Source: Ginglymostoma cirratum
Taxonomy: Eukaryota
DNA length: 64,000 nt
Assembly (NCBI GenBank): GCA_024137785.1
Contig: JAHRHZ010000041.1
Location: 5,531,052 to 5,595,051, forward strand
Direction of reading: 5' to 3'
Each line of letters begins with the position of its first letter. The first letter of the stretch is position 1. The translations under genes and the position numbers were made by a program. Shown in pieces: positions 1 through 13,842 of this stretch. The notes below the pieces were generated by a model, which ran no database searches, was not told the origin of the DNA, and saw only the letters and a list, made by a program, of their open reading frames with translations.

Positions 1-194
1 GAACAGTGACGGAGAGGTTCCCCAGTGCCGGTACGTATAGAGGGATAGCAACGAAAGGGTTAAGGACTTGTTTCGTTTTCTCAAATTAACCTATTGATCG
101 ACAATCGGCATTTAAAGTCTCCCACTGGTATTTGCTTATCTATTTGTTCCACAGAGAGAATGACCTATTGAGATGTAAACCAGGAAATGTAGGC

Positions 195-530
195 TGACAG
201 TTTAGAGCGAGCTTTACTCTGTATCTAATCCTGTGCTGTCCCAGTTCTAAGAGTGTTTGATCAGCACAACGTAGTTGGAGCTTTACTCTGCCTCTAACCC
301 TGTGCTATGCCTGACCTAGGATTGTTTCATGGGGACAATTTAGAGGAACCTTCACTCTGTATCTAATCCTTGTTGTCCCTGTCCTGGGAGTGTTTGATGG
401 GGGACAGTGTAGAGGAAGCTTTACTCTGTATCTAGCCCAGTGTTGTCCCTGTCCTGAAAGCATTTGATAATGGCAGTGTAGAGGATGCTTTACTCTGTAT
501 CTAACCCTGTGTTGTCCCTGTCCTGGGTGT
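195..530 (+). repeat. ~67-bp minisatellite (CTTTACTCTGTATCTAACCCTGTGCTGTCCCTGTCCTGGGAGTGTTTGATGGGGACAGTGTAGAGGGAG), ~5 copies
   Basis: Direct tandem periodicity is visible; the same unit occurs at 4305-4970 and, inverted, at 27560-27800. Confidence 0.85.
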
Positions 531-974
531 ATTTACATCAGAACAAAGGAACAGGATTACATCATTCAGACCCTCGAGCCTGCTCTGCCATTCAATTAGA
601 TGATGGCTGATCAGTAGCCAAATTCCAAATACCTGCCTTTGGTCCATATCCCTTAATATCTTTGCTTAACAAAAAGTATCTATCGCAGATTTAAAATTAG
701 CAACTGATGAAGCACTAACTAATGTTTGTGGAAAAGAGTTCCAAACCTCTACCAGATTTTGTGTAGAGGTACTTCCTAACATTTCTCCTGAATGGTCTTG
801 CCCTAATTTTAAGAACATGACCCCTAGTTCTAGAATCTCCAAACAGTGGGAATAGTTTACCTTTATCTGCCTTGCCTTTTCTTGTTAATATCTTGAAGAG
901 TTTGATCAGATCACCCCTTAATTCTAAATAAAACAGGCCTAATTTGTATATGCCCTCCACATAACCCATAGAGT

Positions 975-1338
975 TTTTTTTATTCATTCACAGGATGAGG
1001 ATGTTGCTGGCTAAGCTGGCATTTATTGCCCATCCCTAATTGCCCAGAGGGCATTTAAGAGTCAGCCATGTTGCTGTGGTCACATGTAGACTGGACCAGG
1101 TAAGAATAGCAGTTTCCTTCCTTCCCTCCCTGAAGGGCATTAGTGAACCAGACGGGTTTTTCTCCTTTGACAATCAACAATAGATTCATGGTCATCACTA
1201 GATTCTTAATTCCAGATATTTATTGAATTCAAAGTCCACCATCTGCCATGGTGGGATTTGAATGCAGTTCCCCAGAATATTATCTGGGTCTCTGGATTAA
1301 TAGCCCAGCGATAATACCACTAGGCCATCGCCTCCCCC
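975..1338 (-). mobile_element. tRNA-derived SINE with LINE-derived tail; other copies at 5905-6240(+), 19425-19820(-), 22330-22720(+), 26361-26545(+), 36640-36990(+), 44550-44833(-)
   Basis: Shared core CCATCTGGTTCACTAATGCCCTTTAGGGAAGGAAACTG...TGACTCCAGACCCACAGCAATGTGGTTGACTCTTAA...GGGATGGGCAATAAATGC. Confidence 0.8.
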
Positions 1339-2068
1339 CATCCAGCTGTCATTCTTGTAAACCTACATTGTATTCCCTCCAAGGCTAATATATCCTTCCA
1401 AAGGTGTTGTGGCCAGATCTGCCAACAGTACTCCAAGTGGGATCTAACCAGGGTTTGTATAGCTCTAGCATAACATTTGCATCCTTGTACTTCAGTCCTC
1501 TAGAATTAATGGCCAGCTTTCAATTGGCCATTTTGATTATTTTCTGTAAATGTGCATGGCACTTTTATAGGTCTACGCACCCAAACCCCTATGTTTCTTT
1601 GGACATCCATTATATTTAACTTTACACCATCTAGGGAGTATGCTGATCCCTCCTTTTTGGGTCCAAAATGGATAATCTTGCACTTAATTACATTGAATTC
1701 CATCTGCAACAGTTTTGTCCATTTACTTAGTCTTTCATTATTCTTTTGTAATTTCATGCCATCATTCATATTGTCTACAGTGCCGTCTAACTTTGTGTCA
1801 TCAGCAAATGTGGATATATGACATTCTATGCAATTATCCAAGGGATTAATAATTAATGTGAATAATTGAGGCCCTAACACAGATCCTTGTGGAACACCAT
1901 TGGTCACATCCTGCCAATTTGAGTACCTACCCATTGTCACCATTTTCTGTTGCCTGCCACTCAACCAATTTCCCAGCCATGTCAGTAATTTGCCCTCAAT
2001 TCTGCACATTTTTACCTTAGTTAATGGTCTCTTGTGTCAGACATTATCAATGTCATCTGGAAGTCACT

Positions 2069-2510
2069 GAGTCATAGAGTAGTACAGTATGGAAATAGAC
2101 CCTTCGGTCTGACTTGTCCATGCTGACCAGATATCCTAAATTAGTCTAGTTCCTTTTTGCCAGAGTTTGGCCCATATCCCTCTAAACTATCCAAATGTTG
2201 GAATTGTACCAGCCTCTGCCACTTTCTCTGGCGGCTCATTCCATATACTCACCACCCTCTGCATGAAAAATTTGCCCCTTAGGTCCCTTTTATATCTTTC
2301 CCCTCTCAACTTAAACCTATGCCCCTATAGTTTTGGACTCCCCTGCCCTGGGAAAAAGATCTTGACTATTCACCCTATCCATGCCCCTCATGATTTTATA
2401 AACATCTATAAGGATACCCCTCAGCCTCTGACGCTCCGGGGAAAATAGCCCCAACCTGTTCAGCCTCTCATCCAATCCCAGCAGCGTCCTTGTAAATTTT
2501 TTCTGCACTC
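2069..2510 (-). mobile_element. 5'-truncated CR1 3' end nested in the larger CR1
   Basis: RLRGILIDVYKIMRGMDRV CR1 C-terminus and CTCTATGACTC-type tail. Confidence 0.8.
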
Positions 2511-3085
2511 TATTACGCTTAGCACCATGTAAGCAGCATCCACAGACGTTCTCCTGTTCACTACCTTGTTACCTCTTTGAAAACTTCACTGAGGTTTGTC
2601 AGGCATGATCTATCTGTCATGAATCCATGCTGGCTCTCCCTGTTTAACTGAAAATCTTTGAGGTGTTCTGTTACACCATCCTTGATTATAGACTCCAGCA
2701 ATCTTGCCACCACAGATAGTAAGCTAACTGGCTTGTAATTCCTTGGTTTTTCATCCTTCTTAAAAATTGGAGTGACGTGCAATTTTACAATCCAGAGGGA
2801 GAACTTCTGTGTCTGAGGAACTCTGAAAGTCCTTCCTTTAGCACCCTTGATGGAAACCATCAGGTCCTGGGGATTTGCCAATCCTTAATTCCATTAATTT
2901 CCTCATCATTGGTGTTTTACTTACATTAATTTTATTCAGTTCCTGTCCCTGATCTACTATTAATTTTGAGTAAGCTATCCTCCTTTTCTACTGTAAGTAC
3001 TGAGGCAACCTAATTATTAAACATGTCTGCTGTTTCCCATAGTCACTGATGATGTCCCCACAGTCTTTCGTGAGCCAACATTACT

Positions 3086-3113
3086 CTGAAGAAGGGTCTC
3101 GACCCGAAACGTC
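3086..3113 (+). ncRNA. Minimal type-I hammerhead ribozyme core (PLE-associated)
   Basis: CTGAAGA-A-GGGT(CTCG)ACCC-GAAAC-GTC: CUGANGA box, extra A, stem II, GAAA box, palindromic ACGT and GUC cleavage triplet. Stem I is not evident at this locus. Confidence 0.6.
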
Positions 3114-4304
3114 AGCTTTCCTGCTCCTCTGATGCTGCTTGGCCTTGTGTTCATCCAGCTCCACAACGTGTTATCTGATTACTCCTGACCACCTGCTTTC
3201 CCTTTTTGTAAATATAAAATTTGTTCCCATTGATTTTAATGTTCCATGCAAATTTCCTCTCATAATCCCTTTTGGTATCTCTGTTGTGTGGCCTTTTGCT
3301 TGTCTTTGTATCTTTGCCATTTAGTAGGATCTGTGCTATTATTTAAATTTTTGTAAGCCCTTTCTTTTAGTTTTAAGCGATAAAGTCCCGTATCACTTTA
3401 GTTGTCGATGGCTTTTTTTTGTGAAACAAAACTTCTCCCTCTCAGGGTACAAACTGATTTTATATTGTGTTGTATTTCTTTATACATCCTCCACTATACT
3501 TCAGTTGTTTGATTCATTACCAGATTTTCCCAGTTTACTATGGACTGCCTCTCTCTCATCTCATTAAAGTCAGCTTTACTAAATCTAAAATTTGAGTAAA
3601 TGATTCATGCTTTTTGCTTTCAGATGCTACATTGAACTCGATCATGTTATGATCACTATTTGATAAATGTTCACACTTTTTAGAGGATTGATTAAATCCA
3701 GCTCATTATTCATTACTAAATCCAATTTTGCTTGTCCCCTTTTGCTGTTAGAAATTATCCCTGACACACTCTGGACATTCAATACCTTTCTGACAAGTGC
3801 TCGTCTGCTTCTCCCAATCTACGATAAAGTTAAAATCTCTCAGTAATACCATCTGCCTTTGTTGCACTTGTGCCTAACTTCTGCATTTATATAATCTAAC
3901 ACTTTAGATCTGCTACCAAGTGGTACACTTATTACTGTTTTAGATCCTTTAATATTCCTCTGTTCCACCCATGAAGTCTCCACTGAATGCTTTCACCTCA
4001 TTATATCCTCCCTCGCCACTGAACTAATTTTGTTTGTAATAAGTAAGGATAGTCCACCTCCTCTGCCATTTTCCCTGTCTGTCCTGTAAATTTTATAGTC
4101 TGGTATATTTAGCCCTCAATTCAGACCATCCTGCAGCCATGCCTCAGTAATAGTTACTATATCAAAATCTCCAATTTGAATTTTGGACTGCAACTCATTT
4201 AGTCTATTCCTTACATTCCGTGCATTCATAAATAGAATTCTTTTTGGGCCATACACTGTAAACTATCCCTCAGAACCAATGCTTGGTTCACCTGTTTATT
4301 ATTT

Positions 4305-4970
4305 CTGATGGGAACAGTATAGAGGAAGCTTTACTTACAGTTGAAAAGAGTAGAGGGACCTTTACTCTATGTCTGTCCCCTTGTACTTGTCCGGGGAATG
4401 TTTGATGAGGAGAGTGTAGAGACAATGTTACTCTCTATCTCTACCTGTGCTGTCTCTTGGGAATGTTTGATTGGGACAATGTAGCGGGAACTTTACTCTG
4501 TATGTAACCCTGGCTATACCTGTCCTGGGAGTGTTTGCTGGGGATTCCTCTTTATGCTGTATCTGTCCAGGTAGTGGTTGATCAGGACAATGTTAAGGGA
4601 GAACTACTTTCAGTTTAAAAGAATAGAGGGAGCTTTACACTATAAATAACCCTATGCTATCCCCTGTCTCAGGAGTATTTGATGGGGACAGAATAGGGAA
4701 GCTTTACTCTGGAAGTTTTACTTCCTGCTTACTTTTAGTTTGAAAGAGTGGAGGGGCTTTACTTTCAGTTTGGAGGGAGCTTTGCTCAGTGTCTGACCCC
4801 ATGCTATCCCTGTCCTGGGGATGTTTAATATGGACAGCATAGAGGGAGTTTTCTTGTCATTTTAATACAGTAGAGGCGGCTTTACTGTCTATCAAACCCT
4901 GTGTTGTACCTATCTTGGGGTCGTTTGATGGGGATAGTGTTGAGGGACTTTTATTCTGTCTCTAACACAG
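4305..4970 (+). repeat. Degenerate array of the same ~67-bp minisatellite
   Basis: Recurring CTTTACT...TGTTTGATGGGGACAG..TAGAGGGA units. Confidence 0.8.
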
Positions 4971-5545
4971 TATCTTAAAATATTATAAAACAGCCAGAAT
5001 TAGGCCACTTGAGGGTCAGGACTCTGCCCTCGCAGATGTTTATGCTTACAGCAATCTCCTTCCATTGTACTTACTGTGTCTCTATTAGGAAATCCTTCTT
5101 CAGTCTTTCCTGGGGGGGGTTAATGGATCTTTAACAATTCAGCCAATGAAAACCAATTGTTCAAACTTTGCTCCCAATTTCCAAGTTAGCACTGTCCAAT
5201 AGGATGGTGGATATAAAGATTTAAGTAGAACCTTCAAAGAAGAATTGAATAAAACTTGAGGGAGGAGCAAATTTGCATGGATATGGGGAATGGGAGAGGA
5301 ATGGGAGTAACTTGATTGGTGTTTGGAAAAGTTAGCATATATTCGGGGGGGGGGGAAATGTCCTCCTTCTGTGATGACCAATAATTCTACGGAATAATGA
5401 AGATGAAGTTTTACACTACATCTAACCAGTACTATACCTTTCACAGGAATGTATCTTGGGGCAAATGTAGTTTTTTATAACCTATGCTTGAGTGGAAGGA
5501 AGGAGTGAGAAGGTGAGAGTGGAGTGCGGGGGGTAAAATGTGTGA

Positions 5546-5740
5546 CTGAAACTATGGAACACAGTCCAGAGATGTGCAGGCTAGGTGGATTGGCCATACT
5601 AAATTGCCTGTAGTGTTCAGGGATGTGTAGATTAGGTGGGTTATAGGGGAATGGGTCTGGGTGGGATGCTCTGAGGGTCGATGTAGACTTGTTGGGCCAA
5701 AGGGCCTGTTTCTACACTGTAGAGATTCTATGATTCTATG
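5546..5740 (+). mobile_element. HE1/V-SINE 3' part
   Basis: ACAGTCCA.AGATGTGCAGG.TAGGTGGATTGGCCAT.CTAAATTGCC core and CR1-derived GATTCTAT tail. Confidence 0.8.
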
Positions 5741-6354
5741 AATAATGCGACTGGGAAGTGAATTGAATCGGTGCTGAAGATGGTGCAAGGAGGGTGAGTA
5801 GGAGAGGGATGAAGTGAGTCTGGAGAGGGAGGGAATGAGAGTGGGACAGTGTGGTTGAGCTGGAAGGAATGAGAGTTGGTGAGGGGAGATGCCAATCTAT
5901 TGGCAATATCACTGGACTAATAATCCAGATGCCCAGACTGATGGCAGCCAAAGGCAGTGTTTTGTCTTCCCCCATGACAGCTGGTGGAATTTAAATTTGA
6001 TTAATTGTTTTTAAAAAAATGTCGGCTTGAGATTAGTCTCAATAGTCATGACACTGTCATAAATTGCTTTAAATACCCATCTGGTTTGCTAATATCCTGA
6101 AGAAACCTACTGTCTTTACTTGGTCAGTCTGACAGATGACCATCTTCCTTGTGGGTGAGTCTTAACTGTTCTCCAGCGCCATTAAGAATGGGTGGCAAAT
6201 GCTAGCTTCACGAGCAAACCCCATATCCCAGCAACAAATAACAAAGTAACTGGACCATCTGATTAGGTCCATAACTAGCTAAACAATTAGTCAATCCTTT
6301 TGGGTTTTATTAAATTCCTTAATCTCTTCTGAATGATGAAATGATGACCAGGGC

Positions 6355-7180
6355 ATCATGATCAGATGGGCAAATGGGCCGAGGAGTGGCAGCTAGAGTT
6401 TAATTTGGATAAATGTGAGATGCTGGATTTTGGAAAGGCAAATCAGGGCAGGACTTATACACTTAATACCAAGGTCCAGGGGAGTATTGCCGAACATAGA
6501 AACCTTGGGTTGCAGATTCATAGTTCATTACAAGTAAAGTTGCAGGTAGACAGGATACTGAAGAAGGCATTGAGTATAGGAGTTGGGAGGTCATGTTGCA
6601 CATGTACAGGACATTGGTTAAGCCACTTTTGGAATACTACATTCAATTCTGGTCTCCCTGCTGTAGGAAAGATGTTGTGAAACTTGAAAGGGATCAGATA
6701 GAGTTGAAAGGATGTTGCCAGCGTTGGAGGGTTTGAACTACAGGGAAAGGCTGAATTGACTGGGGCTATTTTCCCTGGAGTGTCGGAGGCTGAGGAGTGA
6801 TCTTGCACAGGTTTATAAAATCATGAGGGCATGGAGAGGGTGAATAGTCAAGGTGTTTTCCCCAGGGTAGTGGAGTGCAAAACTAAACGACATGGGTTTA
6901 AGGTGAGAGGGGAAAGATTTAAAAGGGACCTAAGGGGCAACATTTTTACGCAGATGATGGTGCGTGTATGGAATGAGCTGCCAGAGGAAGTGGTGGAGGC
7001 TGGTACAATTCCAACATTTAAAGTGCATCTGGATGGGTATATGAATTGGAAGGGTTTAGAGGGATATGAGCCAAAAGCTGTCAAATAGGACTCGATTAAT
7101 TTAGGATATTTGGTCAGCATGGACCAGTTGGACCAAAGGATCTGTTCCCATGCTGTACATCTCTATGTCTCTATGACTCA
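6355..7180 (+). mobile_element. 5'-truncated CR1 LINE
   Basis: WAEEWQLEFNLDKCE and FFTQ/WNELP-type motifs; CTCTATG tail. Confidence 0.88.
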
Positions 7181-7326
7181 GAAGTTATCCATTCCTCTCA
7201 TGCCCAGTTATTCTCGGAGCAACATTCCACAGGAAATATTGAAACTCCCCAGTACCTCATCCAATACTTGTCCATGAGAATGGGTAATGAGTGGCAACAG
7301 GACATTCTACTGTGGGGCCATCACAT

Positions 7327-8135
7327 TAGAGTCATAGAGTCATTGAGTCATACAGCACGGAAACAGGCCCTTCGGTCCAACCAGTCCATGCTGAACATAA
7401 TCCCAAACTAAACTAGTCCTCTCTGCCTGCTCCTGGCCCATATCCCTCCAAACCTTTCCTATTCATATATCCATCCAAATGACTTTTAAACATTGTAATT
7501 ATACCCACATCCACCACTTCCTCAGGAAATTCATTCCACACATAAACTACCCTCTGTGTAAATAATTTGCTTCATCTCTTTTTTTAAATCTTTCTCTTCT
7601 CACCTTAAAAATGTGCCCTGTAGTCTTGAAGTTCCCCATCTTAGGGAAAGGACAACTGCCATCAATTCTATCTATACCTCTCATTATTTTATAAACTTCT
7701 ATCAGGTCCATGGAATCCCTACAGTGTGGAAACAGGCCTTTCAGCCCAACTAGTTCACACTGACCCTCAGAGCATCCCATCCACCTAATCTGCACATCCC
7801 TGAACATTATGGGCAATTTAACATGACCAATTCACCTAGCCTGAACAACTTTGGACTGTGGGAGGAAACCAGAGCACCCAAAGGAAACCCACACAGACAC
7901 TGGGAGAATGTGCAAACTCCACACAGACAGTCACCCAAGGGTCGAATTGAACCTGGGTCCCGGGTGCTGTGAGGCAGCAGTGCTAACCACTGAACCACCA
8001 TGATCATTCTACATTCCAGTGAAAAAATGTCCCAGCATATCCAGCCTTTCCTTATAACTCAAACTTTCAATACCCGGCACCATCCTGGTAAATCTCTTCT
8101 GAGCCCTCTCCAGTTTGATAATACCCTTCCTATTA
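7327..8135 (-). mobile_element. CR1 3' fragment with a nested HE1 SINE (7705-8003)
   Basis: DLIEVYKIMRGIDR motif interrupted by an HE1 copy. Confidence 0.8.
7705..8003 (-). mobile_element. HE1/V-SINE
   Basis: tRNA-like head GTGGTTAGCACTGCTGCCTCACAGC with B box GGTTCAATTC; V domain GGAGTTTGCACATTCTCCC. Confidence 0.88.
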
Positions 8136-8509
8136 CCTAGACCCCACCTTGAAGCAAAGCCATTCACCTTCCAGTCAAAGAAGGTTCAGTGCATCCGTAG
8201 CTGACTTTTGGTTTCTTTAATAAGGAGATGCTGAGGACAATTGTTGCTGCCCCATCTGTGCTACATTAGTCCATGGAACAATTATTTGTGCGGCCACAGA
8301 GGGGTTGGGTACAGCGTGAAATTCTGACTTACGTTGGCTCACAATAAGTCTCAGATTTAGATTTCTCATCCTCGAATTGAAATTTGACCATCACCCCCAT
8401 TCTATCTATAACCTTCTCTAGCCCTATAAATCACTGAGAGATTTATTTTCCTGCTCTCTGGTCTCTCATGCATGTCCAATTTTCATTTGTCCACCATTGA
8501 TTTCTATGC

Positions 8510-8875
8510 TGTACATACAGACAAAATATTGAAGGGGCTTGACGGGTTGGACACTGAACAGATGTTTCCTCTTGTAGGAAGACCAGGGAGGAGGGAATAT
8601 CTTAAAACTTAAAACTGGGTCTCCCATTTAAAACAGAGAAGATTAGAATTTTTTTGCCTCAGAGAGTCATGAGAGTGAGGAACTCTCTTGCCCAGAGAGG
8701 CAAGGAGCTGGGGTTATTGAATACTTTCAAGGCTGAGGTAGACCTTTTTGATTAACAAATGAATCAAAGATGGGGTTGAGGCTACAATCAGGTCAGCCAC
8801 AAATTTATCAAATGGCAGAGCAGGCTTGAAGGGCTGAATAGCCTTCTCCTGCTTCTAATTGATGTGGTTACATGC
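8510..8875 (+). mobile_element. CR1 3' fragment, apparently inserted into an older L2-like remnant
   Basis: CR1 3' UTR (...GGCAGAGCAGGCTTGAAGGGCTGAATAGCCT...). Confidence 0.7.
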
Positions 8876-9509
8876 TAATATGTACCTTTAGCTGCCTGGT
8901 CCCCAAGCCTTGGATGTCCTTCCCTGCACCTTTCCACTACTCTGTCCTCCTTTAAGAAGCTTAACAGCCACTACTTTGACCAAACCTTTAGTCACCTCTC
9001 CTAAAATCTCCCATCATTCTATTAGTGCCAATACCTATGGCTGAATAAATTCCTCCAATGTTTTACTAGGGGTGTTTTACTTGGGGTTATCTAAATGCAA
9101 ACTGTCACTTCTAAATGCAACAAAGGATGCCAAATGTTTTCCCTGAAGTATATAGGCCTCCAGTACTTCAATGGGCAAGGCCATCTGGTGTCAGATTTAG
9201 GAATACCACAGTTTCTAACCTGTGTGATGGTGGGCTTGGACAGGACGGTAAAAGCAAGCAGAATGACTGCAGGGTTCACTGCTCTCGCGGGACACTGAAT
9301 CTGTGGAATGGACTGGCTGAGAAATGTCTTTGGAAAATAAATGGATCATCCTTGTTTGAGGGTTACAGAGGTATTAATAGATCAGATATGTTCTGGAAGG
9401 AAGTTATAAAGGGTTAGAGAGATTTTAATAGACCAAATTATCTTCAGGAAGGGATTGAATGACTGATATGAACCTGTATGAACTGTGGAATGAGTTGTGA
9501 TCTATTGTT

Positions 9510-9800
9510 TTTTTTTTGATTCACTCACAGGACATGGTCATTGCTGGTTGGATTGGCATTTATTGCCCGTCCCTAGGTGCCTTTAGAAAGTTGTTATGAG
9601 CTGCCTTTGTGAACTGTTGCAGTCCACTTTCATAAGGTAGATCCATGATGCCCTGAGGGAGTGAATTCCAGGATTTTGTCCCAGTGACGGTGAAGGAATA
9701 TATTTCCAAGTCAGGATGGTGAGTGGCTCGGAGGGGGACTTGCGGGAGGTGGTGTTCCCATGTATCTGCTGCCCTCGTCCGGATGGAAGTGGTTTGGAAG
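9510..9800 (-). mobile_element. LINE 3' end whose tail is shared with the 975-1338 SINE family
   Basis: GCATTTATTGCCC.TCCCT tail preceded by LINE-like sequence; a + strand counterpart lies at 37085-37280. Confidence 0.6.
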
Positions 9801-10468
9801 GTGAAGGTGAAGCTTTTCTTCTCTTGTACTCATCAGGAAAAATACAGAAATGTCAAATTTGAGATTGCAACAATTTTTACGACAGAAGAAAAGAGTGATT
9901 AGTAAGTTGACACTAATTGGCTGAAGCATTGCCATGGAGAAAGCACCGGGAAACTATAGGTTCCCCCACGATCCCAATCAGGCCAATCAGAGTCAACCTG
10001 CCAAACAAATCATCCTTTTCTCCTCCTGTACTCTAAAGTGTTCTGAGCTTTCCAAATTTAGCATTTAGCATTTAGCATTCTTGTTTTAGTCTGTAACATG
10101 TCAGTAACAGGTCTCTGATTTTAGCAAGGTCCAAGCTCTGCACTACCAAGTAACTGTTTAATTGCCTAATTCTCATTTTGATCTTTCTTGCATCCTTAGA
10201 AGATCTACCCTTTAGACCTGAAATCAAACAAATTCTACTCCCGTAATTGATACAAAAACTAACAAGCCACATTAGTGAAAATACTTTCACAGTTTGGATT
10301 CATTTTCTAATTTGATCATTGAATTATTGCAATTTGCAATATGGACTGCAGTCAATGTGGGATTTTTGTTAAAAATTGAAAGAACTGCAGATGCTGTAAA
10401 TCCGGAACAAAAACAGAAATTGCTGGAAAAGCTCAGCAGCTCTGATAGCACCTGTGGAGAGAAATCAG

Positions 10469-10507
10469 AGTTAACGTTTCAGATACAGTGACCCCCTCCT
10501 CAGAACT
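10469..10507 (-). ncRNA. Minimal hammerhead core of a second PLE family (element ~10380-10510)
   Basis: AGTT-CTGAGGA-GGGGGTCACTGTATCT-GAAAC-GTT-AACT; AGTT/AACT can form stem I; stem II is degenerate. Related copies at 28773-28810 (perfect GGGTC/GACCC stem, C3 mutated), ~59985-60018 and ~63756-63793. Confidence 0.5.
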
Positions 10508-10644
10508 GTTTTTTGTTGTTACTTTTTAATTAGACAGTTTATTTTGAAAGAAATAAGATTGGTCAGCATTTATTGCCCATCTGTAGATGCCCTGAGAAGG
10601 AGCTGGAGGGTCCTTTTCATGAAGATGATGTTTGCACAATGGAA

Positions 10645-11885
10645 ATTGTTGAACCCTAGACAAGAGCCCATGGTATTGGGATAATATATTAGCATGGGTA
10701 TAGGATTGGCTAACCAACAGAAAACTGAGTTAGGATAAAGTGGACATTTTCATCAAGGTAACTAATGGAGTGCCACAGAGATAAGTGCTGGGACCACAAT
10801 TATTTACAATATTAACCACTTAAGGGCTTTTGGAGTGGAGTGGCAGTGTCCCCACCTTGGAGCCCAGAAAGCCCAAGGATTCAAGTCCCATCAACTCCAG
10901 AAATATGTCATAACATATCTGAACAGGTTATTTAAAACTATCTACATTAATGACTTGGTTGAGGGAAAGTGAATATACTACAGTCATACTTAAAGATGAG
11001 ACAAAAATAGATGGAAAGGTGAGTGATGAGGATGACCTGGTGAGTTCACAGAGAGACACAGACACGTTAGGTGAATGGGCAAAAACTTGACAAATGTTAA
11101 ATGATATTGGAGAATGTGAGGTTTTGTACTTTGGCAGTAAGAATAGAGGAGCTGAATATTATTTAAATCGAGAAAGCTGCAGTGTGGAGTGATTTGGGGG
11201 TCCTAATGCATGAATCCCAAAAGGTAGCATCTAAGTTCAGCAGGTATGCGGAAGGCAAATGGGCTTTGGTGTCCATTTCAAAGAGAATAGATGACAAAAA
11301 CAGTGAGGCCTTGCTAAAAGATACAAGGCACTAGTCAGACCACATCCAGAACACTGTGAACAATTTTGGTCCTCTTAGCTAAGGAAAGATACTCTGGCAG
11401 TGGAGGCAGTCCAGAGAAGATTCTCTATGTTAATTCTGGGTTTGGAGGGATTTTTTTAATGAGGAGACGTTGAGTGGATTAGGCTTGTACTTAATGGAAT
11501 TCAGAAGAATGAGCGGAGAGCTTATTGAAGCATATAAAATTCTCAGTGGACTTGACATGGAGAGGTCGTCTCCCCTCGCTGGAGAGCCTAGGAGCAAAAG
11601 GCATAATCTCACAGTGAAGAGGTTAAGGCAGAGGTGAGGAGGAACTTTTTTTCTCCTGTGGAATTCTTCATCACAGAGGGCTAATGAGGCTGGGTCATTA
11701 AGTGTATTCAAGGCTGATACAGACAGGGTTTTAATCAGCAAGGGAATCAAGGATTATGGGAAAGGGCAGGAGGTGGGGGTTGAGGATTATCAAATCAGCC
11801 ATGATTTTATTAAATGGCAGAGCAGACTTGATGGGCTGAATGGCCTACTTCTGCTTCTATGACTTATGGTTTTATGTTTTTATGG
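10645..11885 (+). mobile_element. Degraded CR1 LINE (RT C-terminal part to 3' tail) with a short SINE nested at ~10823-10935
   Basis: GGAGTGCCACAG...GTGCTGGGACCACAATTATTTACA (GVPQ..VLGPQLF), DDTK-like motif and CR1 tail. Confidence 0.85.
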
Positions 11886-13842
11886 TAATTAGCATTCATT
11901 TCAAAATTACATCAGGAGTTGCAGTCAGACAATTCAAAGTTGCAGCTACTCATCCAGTTCACCAGATGGAGTCAGATTTCTGGGAGAAATCTTCATGTTT
12001 TTTGTGTCTTTCACATTCTCAAAATGTCCCAAAGTGCTTTATGACCAATAAAGTAAATTTTAAAATGGAGTCGCTGTTAGATATTTTCTTAAACAACCTT
12101 ATACACCTCCAGAGAAATTGGCACTTGAACTCAGGCCTCCTAGTCCAGAGGTAGGCATACTACCACTACACCATTACAGCCCTCAGGTAAACAAGGGAAA
12201 CATGGCTGTCCATTTGTATACACCTAGTTGCCACACAGGAGTGGTCATGCCCAGATTATCTGTTTTAATGGCATTTACTGAGGGATAACTATTTATCAGG
12301 AGCTTCTTGCTCTTCTTAAAAATAGTTCAATGGGAAAAAGGGAATTGTTTAACATCTCACCTAGAAGACAGGTACCCACAGCACTCCCTCGGTACAGTAC
12401 TGGAACACCAGCCTGGCTTATAAGGTCAAGGTTCTGGTGTGGAACGTTCTGAGTCAGACATGAGAGAACCATTGGGCTGATACCCAAGAATGAATAATAT
12501 TCATTGCTGCTGAATGTCCATGTTGTTATGAAGCCAGATTTTTCAAGTGGGATTCTTTAAAATACGCTATTTGTAACAATATATTAATATTGCTTCAAAA
12601 TTTAGCCATTAAAATTGAACAATTTAACAAACTTACAAATCTATGTGGGCTGATTTAGGTGACATTTGTCAGGGCTGCAGTGGAAATTTTGTGGACAAGC
12701 TAAGAGACATGATAGCCAAATTTGCTGATGATACAAAACAGGTAGGAAAGTCAGCTGTCAAGAGTGATACAGATAGATTATGTGATTAGGAAAAAACTTG
12801 GTAGCTAGAATCTAATGTTGGAAAATGTCAGGGTGCCCACTCTGACAGGAAGAATAGAGAAGCAGCATACTATTTGAATGGACAGAGCAGAACTCTACCA
12901 TAGGGATCTTGGCCAGTGTTCCTGCAAATCTTTTATTCTTTTGCACCAACTTCTAAGTGACTTTGGATTCATAACTTAATGCCATAAATGGTATTGGCAT
13001 GCTGATCACTATGCCAGACCCTCAGAGTGGCTGCAGTCATGCAGCTTAGTGGGAACATTGATCCTGGCAGAGTTAGTACTCAGTCATCATCTAACTGGTG
13101 CATTTTCCATGCCAACACTTACATCAATCACTGCCCACCAGTCAGCACCTTCAGCTCAAACAGCACAAATTGTTATTCCCCTTTACGTTGGTATTCTTGT
13201 GAATGTCCTGATGAGCTCAAGATGAAAAGCTTGGATAAAAGTTATCTCTTTCAGCAAAACTCAACCAAGTGCCTATCAGATGACTAAATATAGAATTAGA
13301 AATATCATCTCCGTTTTCTTTTGTTTCCCATTCTTTGTTCTGATTTAGCCAGGATGCTAGATCTGTGGTGTTTCTGCTTTTCTTTTTCTTCCCACTCATG
13401 ATGCCCCCCCCCCCCCCTCTGGTATTACATTTTTACTTGGATACCTGACTATCCCAACTACATGGTGTTTTCAAACTTCAGCCTGTATATCGGCTGCTCA
13501 ACTGTGATTCCTCCACAGGAGAATAGCCATCCTCCAAAATACTGGAGAAAGCTACAGATTGACAAATGTGGTAAAGGCTCTTCACCAAATGATTTATCCT
13601 GGTCCTTCTTCCCATTTGATACATAACAACATCTTTACCTTTTGCCCAGACTGGTCTTTGGCTCTTCCTCAGGCACCAGTGGAGGAAGGGTCATCAGATA
13701 TTTTTAAGGTAGAGACAGACTTAACTGACAAAGGAGTCAGGTGTCATTGTAGAATAGAGAGAAAAGTTGAGTTGAGGCCACAATCAGATCCTTATTGAAT
13801 GGAAGTGCACTCAAGGGGCTGAATGGCCTGCTCCTGTGTTTA

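Larger units (their letters stand above)
540..4240 (-). mobile_element. Long degraded CR1 LINE ORF2 (APE to RT to 3' tail) carrying nested insertions
   Basis: APE N-terminus at ~4230-4120 (LFMNARNVRNRLNEL...DIVTITEAWL); RT pieces VTPIFKK...NYKPVSL...QHGF, GVPQGSVLGPQLF and FADDTKL; CR1 3' end at ~540-960. Interrupted by a SINE (975-1338), a second CR1 (2069-2510) and a PLE fragment (3086-3180). Confidence 0.88.

Noticed and set aside
195-530. Regular repeats resembling a CRISPR array (also 21008-21428 and 35139-35295)
   Set aside because: Vertebrate DNA; tandem units without unique spacers; no cas genes.
7930-8003. tRNA-like A/B boxes here and in many other places
   Set aside because: They are SINE heads joined to SINE bodies, not complete tRNA cloverleaves.
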